Positions 45,017-54,815 of a DNA stretch of 64,000 nt are shown piece after piece. Numbering within the stretch: the first letter of the stretch is position 1; every line of letters begins with the position of its first letter. The notes under the pieces are model-generated. The model did no database searches, was not told where the DNA came from, and saw only the letters and a program-made list of their open reading frames with translations. The translations under genes were made by a program, and so were the position numbers. The stretch lies in IMG/VR virus record IMGVR_UViG_3300037042_006844, positions 1 through 64,000 of that record; one strand, given 5' to 3'.

Positions 45017-46147
45017 TTATGCTGGGCAGCCTACTTTAACAACCCAGTAAGTGTCTGGCAATGGAGAGTATATACGTAATGTTGCGGTTGGTGTAGTAGT
45101 ATTTTTAACAAATTGCGCAGTTCCATCTCCAGGTCCCGAACAAATTGCGCCATAAAATCCATATGCCGCCAACTCAGGAATAGGAGCTCCTGGTAGCAAT
45201 GCGCTGCTTCTCCAACCAGTCATAACGACAGTAACTCCCTCATAAATAATTTCAAACATATCTGGAACAGCATATGCTGAATACGTCATAGTAACAACCC
45301 CAGTGGCAGATCCAAGAGTTATTTCATAATCGTAATAGTATGGGGCTGCTGCTGAAAATCCATATGCAAAAAGAGTGTTGCAAGAAACTGGACCGGGCGG
45401 TGCCACCGTTGGCGGCACTGGACCAGGCGGAACTGGTTCTATTGGGCAGCACGGACCCACAATGGAGGGATTTGCCAAATATGATCCCAACCCGCAGACG
45501 CTTACTGGAACAGCCAGATCATCCGAATCAGAAATCAATCCATATTTGTTGATAAAAAATGACCCAGATAGTCTAAGATTATAATTACCATCATCGACGA
45601 TGTCGCCCGGAATATCGCCACTTTGGTTGTTGATAACCAATGTATTTGGGCGAATTTTATCGCCAGTTTGATCAACCCGCAAATTCAATGCTGAAAAATC
45701 GTTGGTAAGATGTAAAGATGCCCCATCCGTGTCATATCCATCGAAACCAAAAATATTGTAAGCGTTGTTGTAGTTGTTGTAATACATTTTTTGGACTGTA
45801 TTAAACACTTGGCGTTGGTAGGTGCCGTCTAAATTCATTGGGTTGGACACGGCATTATACTGAGCACTACCGCTTGGATAAAACACCGAGCTAGAATGAA
45901 CATATTTACCAATTTGAAAATCGATGGGGTCGAGAAATTGGCTGACGGCTAAAAACCCGCTCACCGGCTCTCTGGCACAACTACCAGAAACGTTGTTGTT
46001 GCACGAAGCAATAGGAGTAACGAGCGGAAATAGATCATCGCCTTCGTTGGCAAGAATCAGATCATTCAAAACACTATTGAGTGTCTGCTCCTTGGCAATC
46101 GTAAACGACGTTACAATTATGTCTTGATTTCTAAAGAATTTGATCAT
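45017..46147 (-). CDS. Baseplate-region structural protein with a Pro-rich linker
   Basis: 376 aa; PIEPVPPGPVPPTVAPPGP linker followed by a beta-rich domain; late box 5 nt upstream. Confidence 0.6.
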   Translation of the reverse strand: MIKFFRNQDIIVTSFTIAKEQTLNSVLNDLILANEGDDLFPLVTPIASCNNNVSGSCAREPVSGFLAVSQFLDPIDFQIGKYVHSSSVFYPSGSAQYNAVSNPMNLDGTYQRQVFNTVQKMYYNNYNNAYNIFGFDGYDTDGASLHLTNDFSALNLRVDQTGDKIRPNTLVINNQSGDIPGDIVDDGNYNLRLSGSFFINKYGLISDSDDLAVPVSVCGLGSYLANPSIVGPCCPIEPVPPGPVPPTVAPPGPVSCNTLFAYGFSAAAPYYYDYEITLGSATGVVTMTYSAYAVPDMFEIIYEGVTVVMTGWRSSALLPGAPIPELAAYGFYGAICSGPGDGTAQFVKNTTTPTATLRIYSPLPDTYWVVKVGCPA

Positions 46148-46169
46148 CCCTATATAAATAGGATGTGTC

Positions 46170-47285
46170 TTAGAAATCGATGCGGACTTTTATTAGCAAC
46201 TCACTATCAAAGCTTTTTTGAACTGGGCGACTAACTTTGCCAATTGCCAACAACTCATTGTTGGAATCATACAAGCCAACGCTCGTAATATAGGTTCTTG
46301 GGTTGTTGATCAAATCTTGGTAAATGATCGTTCCTTTTGTCTTACCATCGGTTCCATCAGACACAAATGTTGGATTATTGCTATAATTATACTCTTTGTT
46401 TTTGACACGGACGAAATAATTGGTGCTGGGAACAAACTCACTTTTACGAACCGCCATAGGCTTTGTGCTGGTTTTCAATCTGTAAAAGAAATATCGGCTC
46501 CAAACTCTCCAGTGACTTTGGAAAGCCGTCGAGAAATCGTTGCTGGTTCTGGCGGTAGTGATTTCGTTGCCGGTTGATGATATACCAACACGTTTTTCCA
46601 GATTGATAGCATTGAAAATGACCACGCCATTTGAAGGGTAGGACAAGCCAATACCTTCATAAACTGGACTACCGGTTTTCAAATATGGAGTAGGAACTCC
46701 ACTGCGGACTGACCCAGAAATCAAATTGTAAACACTCTGCTGTTTGTTGACCACAGATGAATCGTCAATATATGAGAACTGACCGTGGGTTCCCATGAAA
46801 TTGATTTGGACTTGACCAGGATCAATTTGGTCTTTCATTTTGTCAGCAGAGAAATTCACCACGAAAATTGCTTCGCTGTCTTGTGACGTAGAAGCACTGC
46901 CAGACGCAAAAGAAAACAAGTTATCACCTGGTTGCAGCAACACATTTCTGTATTGAGAATAAATGACTTTGGTTTCGTTTGTCAAAACTTCATCTGATGC
47001 TTGAATGATTGCGCCAGTAGTGCTGTCGTATTGGGAGCTACCAGAATTGACATAATCACCATACGCAACTGAAAAATATTGGTCGCCGCCAGCATACACG
47101 TTAACATAGTATTGACCGTTACGAACGTCCCACTGAGTGCTACCAATCATTGTGTTGGCTTGAGCGGACGATGTTGAAAAGAGCGATTGGCTCAAATACA
47201 AACTCCCCGTTCCGAATAGACCAGAAGATACCTGGTTTATTCGACCCACTACGATGTCGTCTGATGTAAATTGGCTAAAAATCAT
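46170..47285 (-). CDS. Baseplate/fibre attachment protein
   Basis: C-terminal YITSVGLYDSNNELLAIGKVSRP, reminiscent of the P2 gpH-type fibre-root domain. Confidence 0.6.
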   Translation of the reverse strand: MIFSQFTSDDIVVGRINQVSSGLFGTGSLYLSQSLFSTSSAQANTMIGSTQWDVRNGQYYVNVYAGGDQYFSVAYGDYVNSGSSQYDSTTGAIIQASDEVLTNETKVIYSQYRNVLLQPGDNLFSFASGSASTSQDSEAIFVVNFSADKMKDQIDPGQVQINFMGTHGQFSYIDDSSVVNKQQSVYNLISGSVRSGVPTPYLKTGSPVYEGIGLSYPSNGVVIFNAINLEKRVGISSTGNEITTARTSNDFSTAFQSHWRVWSRYFFYRLKTSTKPMAVRKSEFVPSTNYFVRVKNKEYNYSNNPTFVSDGTDGKTKGTIIYQDLINNPRTYITSVGLYDSNNELLAIGKVSRPVQKSFDSELLIKVRIDF

Positions 47286-47293
47286 ATGTTATC

Positions 47294-47935
47294 TTAGGTT
47301 GTTGTAGGAACTTTCACCGTGACAGTGATCGACGTATTACCACCGCTTTCATTACCGATGAGAGTAATGTTGGTTGTAGTTGTCAGTGCCAAAGAGGCGT
47401 TTGGAACAAATCTAAATTTATTGCCCACAACCACTTGAGATGTTTGTGAGGTCAAATCGCCAGCAAATGAAGGAACCGTGGCTGTGGTCGAATTCAAACT
47501 GTTCGTTTCCGTCACAATCAATGTGCCAACGTTTTTGTTCGAAAGGATTGCTGTATAGCCCAAAGTGACGTTGTAAGTAGGATTGGTGCTTGGGCTGATA
47601 GAAATATCACCAGTATAATCACGATCAACAGTAATAACGCTTTGCGCTACACTGATCGTAGGAACTGCGGTCACACCTTCGTTCAAACTGACCAGTTTAT
47701 ACTTCATCAATTGCGATTCATTCGTGATCGGTTCCATTACTGGAGTATTGCGAATGGCAATGTCGTAATACGCACTACCAAGTGGATGCGTTGGGTTAAA
47801 CTGAGTGTAGTCGATTTCATCGTCTGCCAACGCAAACGCTGTGATGTTCAGACCGCCAGTTTTTGCGAGAATTTCACGACCTTTTCTCGTCAAACCGGCG
47901 TTAATCGTAATTACATTGTTGTCAAGATATGCCAT
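47294..47935 (-). CDS. Baseplate/fibre attachment protein
   Basis: LTRKGREILAK...ITAFALADDE, reminiscent of the N-terminus of gpH-type fibre roots. Confidence 0.6.
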   Translation of the reverse strand: MAYLDNNVITINAGLTRKGREILAKTGGLNITAFALADDEIDYTQFNPTHPLGSAYYDIAIRNTPVMEPITNESQLMKYKLVSLNEGVTAVPTISVAQSVITVDRDYTGDISISPSTNPTYNVTLGYTAILSNKNVGTLIVTETNSLNSTTATVPSFAGDLTSQTSQVVVGNKFRFVPNASLALTTTTNITLIGNESGGNTSITVTVKVPTTT

Positions 47936-47981
47936 ATACAAATAATTATCAAGCTAATTCGGTTTTTTACCAAAATAGATA

Positions 47982-50900
47982 CTATAAGTTCATAATATAC
48001 ATATTCAGGCTGGCACTATTTTCCATAGATGCGGTAAGCGGAACCGCAACAAATAGACTGTTCGGACTATCAATTGAACCAGTCGTTGTGCCATATATAG
48101 GAAAATTGCTGCTACTAACGTTCAAACTCAAAAACCCTGGGATTGTAATGACCGGTTCTGAACCATTTGTAACGCCACTTCTGTTGATGGTGGTTGTAGA
48201 ATCATTTTTCCCTTTGATGTAAGTATAGAAAGTGACTTTCGATTTTGCGGAAAGTTTTACACCACTTTTGATAGAATAGTTCGATGCACTAACCGCTTGA
48301 TAGCTGTATCGGGAACCTGGCATTACGAGCTTGCTCAAATGTCGTGGTGAATAACCACTGTTCATGTTTCCATAATAACGGTTTGTAAAGCCACTGGACC
48401 CCGTGATTGAACCCGATCCAATCGATTCAACTCGATCAAAGCTTGCCGTAAATCCAACAATTTTACCGTTGTTATCGGCAAATTGGTAATAATCATTGTC
48501 CGAGACGTTGTAGGTATTCCGAACGTTGAACCCATTCTGGTTGACAAAAACATTCTTGCCGTATCTAGCAAAAATGAAATCGCGATCATCGATAGTATCG
48601 GGAATTTCAAACCGTGAATAATTATAAGTATTATGGTCGGTATCTATACCAGTGATGGAACCGATGGCGACGTTCATCGCACTGCCAGTTGTGTATGACC
48701 CCGATAAATGTGCCGCGTTATCGAACCCAAAACTTGCGGTCGAAAATCCACCCACGTTATAAGTGATGTCTTTATAATTGAATTTTTTTCTTTCAAGAAC
48801 AGACGGCTCAATCAGCAATCCGCGTTTAAGGGCAGCGCGGTTTGGAACAACTTTACTGATATAGTCAAACACACTGAAATCGATATAGAATCTGTATGTG
48901 GTATAGAATTCTTGCGGATAAATGTATTTCTCGTTTGTTGCCGCAAAATCAGCAAGACGTTGTTGTAATGCTGGATAGTTTTGGCTAGTCAGATATTTTG
49001 GATCGCCAATCACATCAGTTACGCCCTCTTTACCAATGAAATTTTCAATTGAATTTTCCAAATACGTAAATGGACTGATATAGTAACCAATCACGTTACT
49101 ATCGCTACCAACAATGTCATTTGTCTTTGTGCTGTAATCGTATGGCACCAAATTTGATGTTGCGAACTCATCAATTTTGTTGATCTTAACGTTGTTTTTG
49201 TAATTTGGACCGAAATTATTGGCGTTGATTGCCTGCTTCATGACCAGTCGTTCAAACTGATATGGGAAATTCGAAACGACTGCGGGTGTGCATTCTGGAT
49301 ACGACTGAACAATGGATTCGCCCGTGAAATTATATGCTCGGAATGCATTGGCGTTTGGACTGCCAATCACATGATATCGAACATTTTGATTCGGAACCCA
49401 CACATAATCAACCGAAGATGTGTGCGACCACAAATCAACGGGCGTGTCGAAACTCCACAGATACAGCAAATTGTCATAAATCAAAGCTTTATCTGGCGAA
49501 GAAATACTATCGATATTATAGCTATGTTCATTGAAATCCTCATCGGCAAGTGGGGCGATCATCACCTTCACCTTATCAATATTTCCTTTGAACGACACAT
49601 CGGACTCGTAGTTGCCGATATAGAAACTACCCGACGAAAAATATTGGTTCTGGGAATAGGTAATGACTTTTGTTGCTGAGTCATGAAAATTGTTCAAAGA
49701 CCCTTCATACTGATTCACCGCAAGTTTGTATGATTTTGGCACATATTTCTCCGCACTCGATGCGGTGAATGATGCGGTGATGTTGTAATAGTTATGTCCA
49801 CTTCGTATAAACGAATGGATTGAAGACAGATTTTCGACCACTGGCAGCGCGTCATATTCGTAGCCGTCTGCGACATCCCGCGATACCATGAATGTAAAAA
49901 GATTGCCATTCAAAAAGGGCAACTCTTTAGTTTTCAAACTGGATGTGAAATTGGATTCCAACGGATGGAAATCAAAAATCAAAATACCAGATTCGGTCTG
50001 GCGTGTTTTTTTGATATAAACTCTCCAATCAACATGGTCGTTACGCATTTTGGTAACAATCGGTATTTGATCGTCGGCAAAATAGTTTGTGCTGGCAAAT
50101 CGAAATGCCGTTTCAAACGTATTGAATCCTGTGAACACTTCGTTGATGTTGCGAGAAGATGTGAGATGATAATCACCCGCCACAGAAGCAGTTATCGTAT
50201 ATTGTGGCTGCGACTCATATTTGTATTCGCTGCCAGTATGATTGAACGTGACGTATTTGTCACTGTCAAATTTAGCCAAATAAACAATGCTATCAAAATC
50301 AAAATAGTTGATCCGATTGACAGTGACATCCGTGCTGCCATATTCACGCAATTGAACCAGTCCGGTTGGAATGCCAAACAGTGATGTGATCAACTCCAAT
50401 GAGTTAGCAGTTCCTTTGGTTTTGTAAATATATGGTAGATTGTTCGCAAATCGGTTGAGAAGTCGTTTGCCATAGTCAAAATACGAGCTTGACAATGATC
50501 CGCTATATTGAGTCTGGTCAAACAGATACTGTGTTACGTCGCTGTTTTGTAGTTTGAAATTATCAGTATTCCAACTGAATGAGTTGAGCAATTCGTCCAA
50601 GAAATTTTTTGGATAGTCACTCGCTTCTGATGCGCCTAGAGGATATGTCTTTGGAAACTTTTTGACATACACCAAAATGTTGTCAAAGAAATGCCCCACC
50701 ATAGAGGTGAATTTCAAATAATCGGTGTAGTCACCATCTTCTTGAATATATGCAGGAAGTTGATTGATTAAACTGTCAACATTGTTTTTATCATATTCAA
50801 TACCATCGAGCACTTTCTCGTCGAGGCTCGACGTATAGAAAAACAAATACGATTCGTATTCATCAAATGAATTCAGCAATGCGATTTGATCTTGCTCCAA

Positions 50901-52469
50901 ACGGTTACGCTCCTCGGCGTATGAAGCACTAATGACCAGATTTGCGGTGTCCGCTCTCAAAGCAATTGCCGCTTTTTGTGAGTTCTTTTTGTTGAACTCG
51001 GATATTTTGTTCTTGGCGATTTTCGTTCGCAACTCAGCAGAACTATACACGACGAAGTTCTCAAAGCTGTTGTAGTCGATCAAAAGATCATTGATTTTTT
51101 GCTTGAGGCTTGCCTTTGCGGAAGTTAAAGTATCAACAGAGTGCTCTCCGTATTTATCGTTTGTAGGGTTTGCCGCGTCAACCGAAACGCTGAAATTCAC
51201 TCCGTTCAGATAAATTTTACGGCTTACTGGCTCAACAAACAAATTCGTTTTGAAATAGACTGGGGCAATCGAAATATTGCTGATCCAGCATGTTGTTCGC
51301 ACATCATATTCCAAAGGAAGCGGCTGATCCAATTTTATCTGAACATTGACTCTACCATCAGTCGGGTTCAAATAGTTTGTGTGGGTCAAAATCTTGACCA
51401 ACATACCGCCATCAAAATTCAACGCATTTTTGTAATAACCGAAATATCTGTTGGCATACCCGTCCAACATTGATGTCGTTTGAACAGCCAACCAATCTGT
51501 GTAAATGATTTTGACAAACAAATCCAGAATGGTTTGAAGCTGGACGGAATTGATGCTGGTTTTCTGCAAAATGCGATCCTGCGACACTTTCGTAACAATG
51601 GTTTTGAATGCGAGCAGAATATCACTTTCACTAAATTCTGTTGAATTGTATGTGTAAGTGAAGTTTTTAAGTTGGTCATCGATACCAGTAAACTTGACCG
51701 ATTGTTGAATCATTTGATCATCGGCTTTGGACAAATTTTGAATTTTGTCATAGCCAACGTAAGTATCAATGATAAACTGTTGCAATTGGGCTTCAGATTT
51801 CAATCCCAGACTTTGGGCGATTTGTATGTAATTGTAGTTTGGCGCATTGGCAACGAACGTCTGCGAAATAGGATTGCTATCAATAATCCGATCCACCATC
51901 GAAGAAATTTGCAGAAACAAATATTTTTTGTCTGCGAACGCACTGGCTTTTGTTGCGTCTAAAGCTGCGACTGGCGATAAGGTGGGGTTGAACGCAAACG
52001 ATAACCGAATTTCAGTTCGACTTGGACTGATTTCTTTGATCACCAAACGGTTTTTATTGTTACCAGCGACATTCCTAATAAAATTGTAAAGAATGTAATA
52101 CAGCCCAGGTGCAATTTGGGTTTGTTTTAAGACATTTTGAGTGTTCAACAAAAGTTCGTTATTGAACTTCGAAAAGTTTGTGAACGGTTTGGCAAAATTG
52201 TAGTATGACATCGTATTATTGATGTCAACATATGAGCCTTGTATCACAGAATATGACACAGTTGGAACAATGCGATTGAAAAATATACCCTCTTGTGAGC
52301 TATTGTAAAGAGAAAACTCGATCAGATCGTTGTCGGATGTTCCAAAAAATTGCTCTTTATTTACAAATTTTTGTTCATAAAGTGTTTGCAAATTTACAGG
52401 AAGGTATGAACCACTAGCTATGCCAGTAGTCAACGTCGTCTCATCAATTGATAGGTAACTGTATGGCAT
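47982..52469 (-). CDS. Large baseplate wedge-like protein
   Basis: 1495 aa in the baseplate cluster; YIYKTKGTANSLELITSLFG resembles the gp7/gpI-type KGT motif. Confidence 0.6.
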   Translation of the reverse strand: MPYSYLSIDETTLTTGIASGSYLPVNLQTLYEQKFVNKEQFFGTSDNDLIEFSLYNSSQEGIFFNRIVPTVSYSVIQGSYVDINNTMSYYNFAKPFTNFSKFNNELLLNTQNVLKQTQIAPGLYYILYNFIRNVAGNNKNRLVIKEISPSRTEIRLSFAFNPTLSPVAALDATKASAFADKKYLFLQISSMVDRIIDSNPISQTFVANAPNYNYIQIAQSLGLKSEAQLQQFIIDTYVGYDKIQNLSKADDQMIQQSVKFTGIDDQLKNFTYTYNSTEFSESDILLAFKTIVTKVSQDRILQKTSINSVQLQTILDLFVKIIYTDWLAVQTTSMLDGYANRYFGYYKNALNFDGGMLVKILTHTNYLNPTDGRVNVQIKLDQPLPLEYDVRTTCWISNISIAPVYFKTNLFVEPVSRKIYLNGVNFSVSVDAANPTNDKYGEHSVDTLTSAKASLKQKINDLLIDYNSFENFVVYSSAELRTKIAKNKISEFNKKNSQKAAIALRADTANLVISASYAEERNRLEQDQIALLNSFDEYESYLFFYTSSLDEKVLDGIEYDKNNVDSLINQLPAYIQEDGDYTDYLKFTSMVGHFFDNILVYVKKFPKTYPLGASEASDYPKNFLDELLNSFSWNTDNFKLQNSDVTQYLFDQTQYSGSLSSSYFDYGKRLLNRFANNLPYIYKTKGTANSLELITSLFGIPTGLVQLREYGSTDVTVNRINYFDFDSIVYLAKFDSDKYVTFNHTGSEYKYESQPQYTITASVAGDYHLTSSRNINEVFTGFNTFETAFRFASTNYFADDQIPIVTKMRNDHVDWRVYIKKTRQTESGILIFDFHPLESNFTSSLKTKELPFLNGNLFTFMVSRDVADGYEYDALPVVENLSSIHSFIRSGHNYYNITASFTASSAEKYVPKSYKLAVNQYEGSLNNFHDSATKVITYSQNQYFSSGSFYIGNYESDVSFKGNIDKVKVMIAPLADEDFNEHSYNIDSISSPDKALIYDNLLYLWSFDTPVDLWSHTSSVDYVWVPNQNVRYHVIGSPNANAFRAYNFTGESIVQSYPECTPAVVSNFPYQFERLVMKQAINANNFGPNYKNNVKINKIDEFATSNLVPYDYSTKTNDIVGSDSNVIGYYISPFTYLENSIENFIGKEGVTDVIGDPKYLTSQNYPALQQRLADFAATNEKYIYPQEFYTTYRFYIDFSVFDYISKVVPNRAALKRGLLIEPSVLERKKFNYKDITYNVGGFSTASFGFDNAAHLSGSYTTGSAMNVAIGSITGIDTDHNTYNYSRFEIPDTIDDRDFIFARYGKNVFVNQNGFNVRNTYNVSDNDYYQFADNNGKIVGFTASFDRVESIGSGSITGSSGFTNRYYGNMNSGYSPRHLSKLVMPGSRYSYQAVSASNYSIKSGVKLSAKSKVTFYTYIKGKNDSTTTINRSGVTNGSEPVITIPGFLSLNVSSSNFPIYGTTTGSIDSPNSLFVAVPLTASMENSASLNMYIMNL

Positions 52470-52473
52470 ATTG

Positions 52474-52947
52474 TTATGTTAATGGTAGGAACGGAAAATC
52501 ATCGCTAAAATCAGATGGCACATTTCCTTGTCCCAAACTGATCCTCAAATTGATAATTTCGGTTTTCATCGCAGCAATGACTTGCTTATCGTCATTGTTT
52601 TCATATTTCTCAACCAAATTGTTGACCGTTTCGTTGAGAATACGGTTTTCTGCCAATTGCACATTGTATTGTTGCAGCAGAGTAGCCATATCTTGAGTTT
52701 GTTGCTGTTGAGGATTTTGCAGTTCACTAAACTCAACACTATTCGTGTCAAGAATTTTGTTGGTGTTGTATTCCAACGTTTTGAGCAGAATATTGCTGTA
52801 ATAATACTTCCCATCGGAAGTTTTATCGTTGTTGAAAATAAGTTGGAAGTTTCCGAACGGATCAATATTGTTCGAAAACACACCTGTATCTCTAAAGGTT
52901 TGTAGGTCACTGAGACCAACCCCATACTCTACAACTATGTCAGCCAT
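52474..52947 (-). CDS. Hypothetical baseplate-region protein
   Basis: 157-aa ORF coupled to its neighbours; coiled-coil C-terminus. Confidence 0.6.
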   Translation of the reverse strand: MADIVVEYGVGLSDLQTFRDTGVFSNNIDPFGNFQLIFNNDKTSDGKYYYSNILLKTLEYNTNKILDTNSVEFSELQNPQQQQTQDMATLLQQYNVQLAENRILNETVNNLVEKYENNDDKQVIAAMKTEIINLRISLGQGNVPSDFSDDFPFLPLT

Positions 52948-52948
52948 A

Positions 52949-54814
52949 TTATCTTATAATTTTGAACACCTTGGCAGTATCGACAATATCGACCGTGCCA
53001 TCTGGATACTCTGCCTTTATAAATATCTTGAAATACCGTTCTTGAGGCAATCCAGTGGTATCAAACTTAAAATAATTTCCCTTGGTGGGGTCGCAGCTTA
53101 GTTTAGAGTATTCGTCAAAATCAATCAAAACCTCCTCGGACTCCGCATCTTTGATCATAAAATACGATGAGCTAGGCAAATATTTTGGAGTAATCATCGA
53201 AGGCTGTTGATATGCCTTTTGGAAGTTTTTAAGCGGGTATCGATCTCTAGCAAATACGAACACTTTTGGCAAACTGCCAGCTTTGTATGTGCCTTTGAGT
53301 TGCTGCAAGGTGATTAAATTCTCAGTGGAACCCGTCACTGGAGACAAGCTGCCAGTGTTAAGAACCGAATCGTCCCATGCCACATCCATATATGGCGAAT
53401 AAATAGTGTTGGTTTCTTTACTGAAAAATTGCAACAAACCATTAGTTTTACCCACAGGCGGCACAGAGGTTTCCAGTGATGTTGCCAGAATAATTCCGTT
53501 GTTTGGAACACATCCACACAACCATGCTCTCACAATACGAGTTACGTCCATTGTGATATCGCCCTGTTGCCCCAAAGTATAGGATTGACTACAAACCAGC
53601 CCAGACCCACTCAATGCGGGAAAAGCCGATGAACTACAAATCCAATGAGGCTTATCAGTATATGAAGCCGGAACGATGTAATACCATGTCCCTCCACCAT
53701 TTTGAAAACTTGCGGTTCCATACGAAGCGGTTCTCAAATAATCAACTTGTTGGTAACTGCTGGTCATAGGAGTGACCCATTGACCACTACCAGAGTAATT
53801 TCGAAAATCCCAACTTGCTCCCATTGTAGTGCCACCATCTGCCCATCTTCCATCGCCGTTATACCAACTTTGGCTAATCGGATATGCGTAGATGGTATAG
53901 TCCAGCGGCAGATTGCGCTGACCACAAGCCGTCATGTTCAAACTGAATTTGATGTTGGAGCTTGATAATTGATTTTTTGCGATGGACTGACTGACGTTAG
54001 TCAAATCAAATTGAACCATTGTTCTGGAAAAATCGGGCTTCAATAAAAACTGCGCCGTGTCAGGTGGTGTAACTGACCCAGAATATTCTCCCTTGAAATA
54101 ACCCTCAAAATTTGTCAAATCGATATAATAATAACGACTCGAAGTTACAGTGCTAACATATCCAGAAAAATTTGTTCCGTAAACACTACCAGAAAAGGTG
54201 CCGTTTTCTACACACAATGGACCCGTTCCAGTGCAACTAGTTCCGACAACAACACCGTTGAAATTGTGAAAACTGCCACTACCGACCAAAGAACTGGTAA
54301 GCGGCGTGACAGTATATGCCGATCCATTAACAACTAAGCTGTCAAACGTGCTTCCGATATTCAAAGCACCATTGAAACTACCCGTGGTCAACAATCCATC
54401 AACATAGGTGTTTGACGCAAACGAATAGCTGCCACTGAACGAGCCAGAAGCAACTGCGGCAGTTCCAGAAAAATACAAAGCGGTTTTTGGATCGGTGGTG
54501 ACATTGGATATGCGCCCAGTGAACGCTGCAATGGCAATTATGTTGTCAACAATCGAATTGGCAATCGGAAAGCTGCGCCAGGCACTGCCAGAGTAAACGT
54601 AGATGTAGCTTTCATCGTAAGCCAGCCATCCTTCATTGCCGTATGAATTACTGTTTTGAGGTGGTGTGTGCCAAAGAGGATTTGTATACACCAGTTTATT
54701 GCCGTTGTTGGATGCGTAAACTTCAAGAATCTCGTCAATTCCGAAATTTTTGGTTCGATACGCCGCTGAATTATTTAGGTAGGTATCTTGAGATGGATAG
54801 ATGAAAGTATGCAT
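52949..54814 (-). CDS. Baseplate-region structural protein (likely start MHTFIY at 54814)
   Basis: SRTMVQFDL..., DITMDVTRIV, NNGIIL, FFSKE motifs of a DNRLRE-like beta domain. Confidence 0.6.
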   Translation of the reverse strand: MHTFIYPSQDTYLNNSAAYRTKNFGIDEILEVYASNNGNKLVYTNPLWHTPPQNSNSYGNEGWLAYDESYIYVYSGSAWRSFPIANSIVDNIIAIAAFTGRISNVTTDPKTALYFSGTAAVASGSFSGSYSFASNTYVDGLLTTGSFNGALNIGSTFDSLVVNGSAYTVTPLTSSLVGSGSFHNFNGVVVGTSCTGTGPLCVENGTFSGSVYGTNFSGYVSTVTSSRYYYIDLTNFEGYFKGEYSGSVTPPDTAQFLLKPDFSRTMVQFDLTNVSQSIAKNQLSSSNIKFSLNMTACGQRNLPLDYTIYAYPISQSWYNGDGRWADGGTTMGASWDFRNYSGSGQWVTPMTSSYQQVDYLRTASYGTASFQNGGGTWYYIVPASYTDKPHWICSSSAFPALSGSGLVCSQSYTLGQQGDITMDVTRIVRAWLCGCVPNNGIILATSLETSVPPVGKTNGLLQFFSKETNTIYSPYMDVAWDDSVLNTGSLSPVTGSTENLITLQQLKGTYKAGSLPKVFVFARDRYPLKNFQKAYQQPSMITPKYLPSSSYFMIKDAESEEVLIDFDEYSKLSCDPTKGNYFKFDTTGLPQERYFKIFIKAEYPDGTVDIVDTAKVFKIIR

Positions 54815-54815
54815 A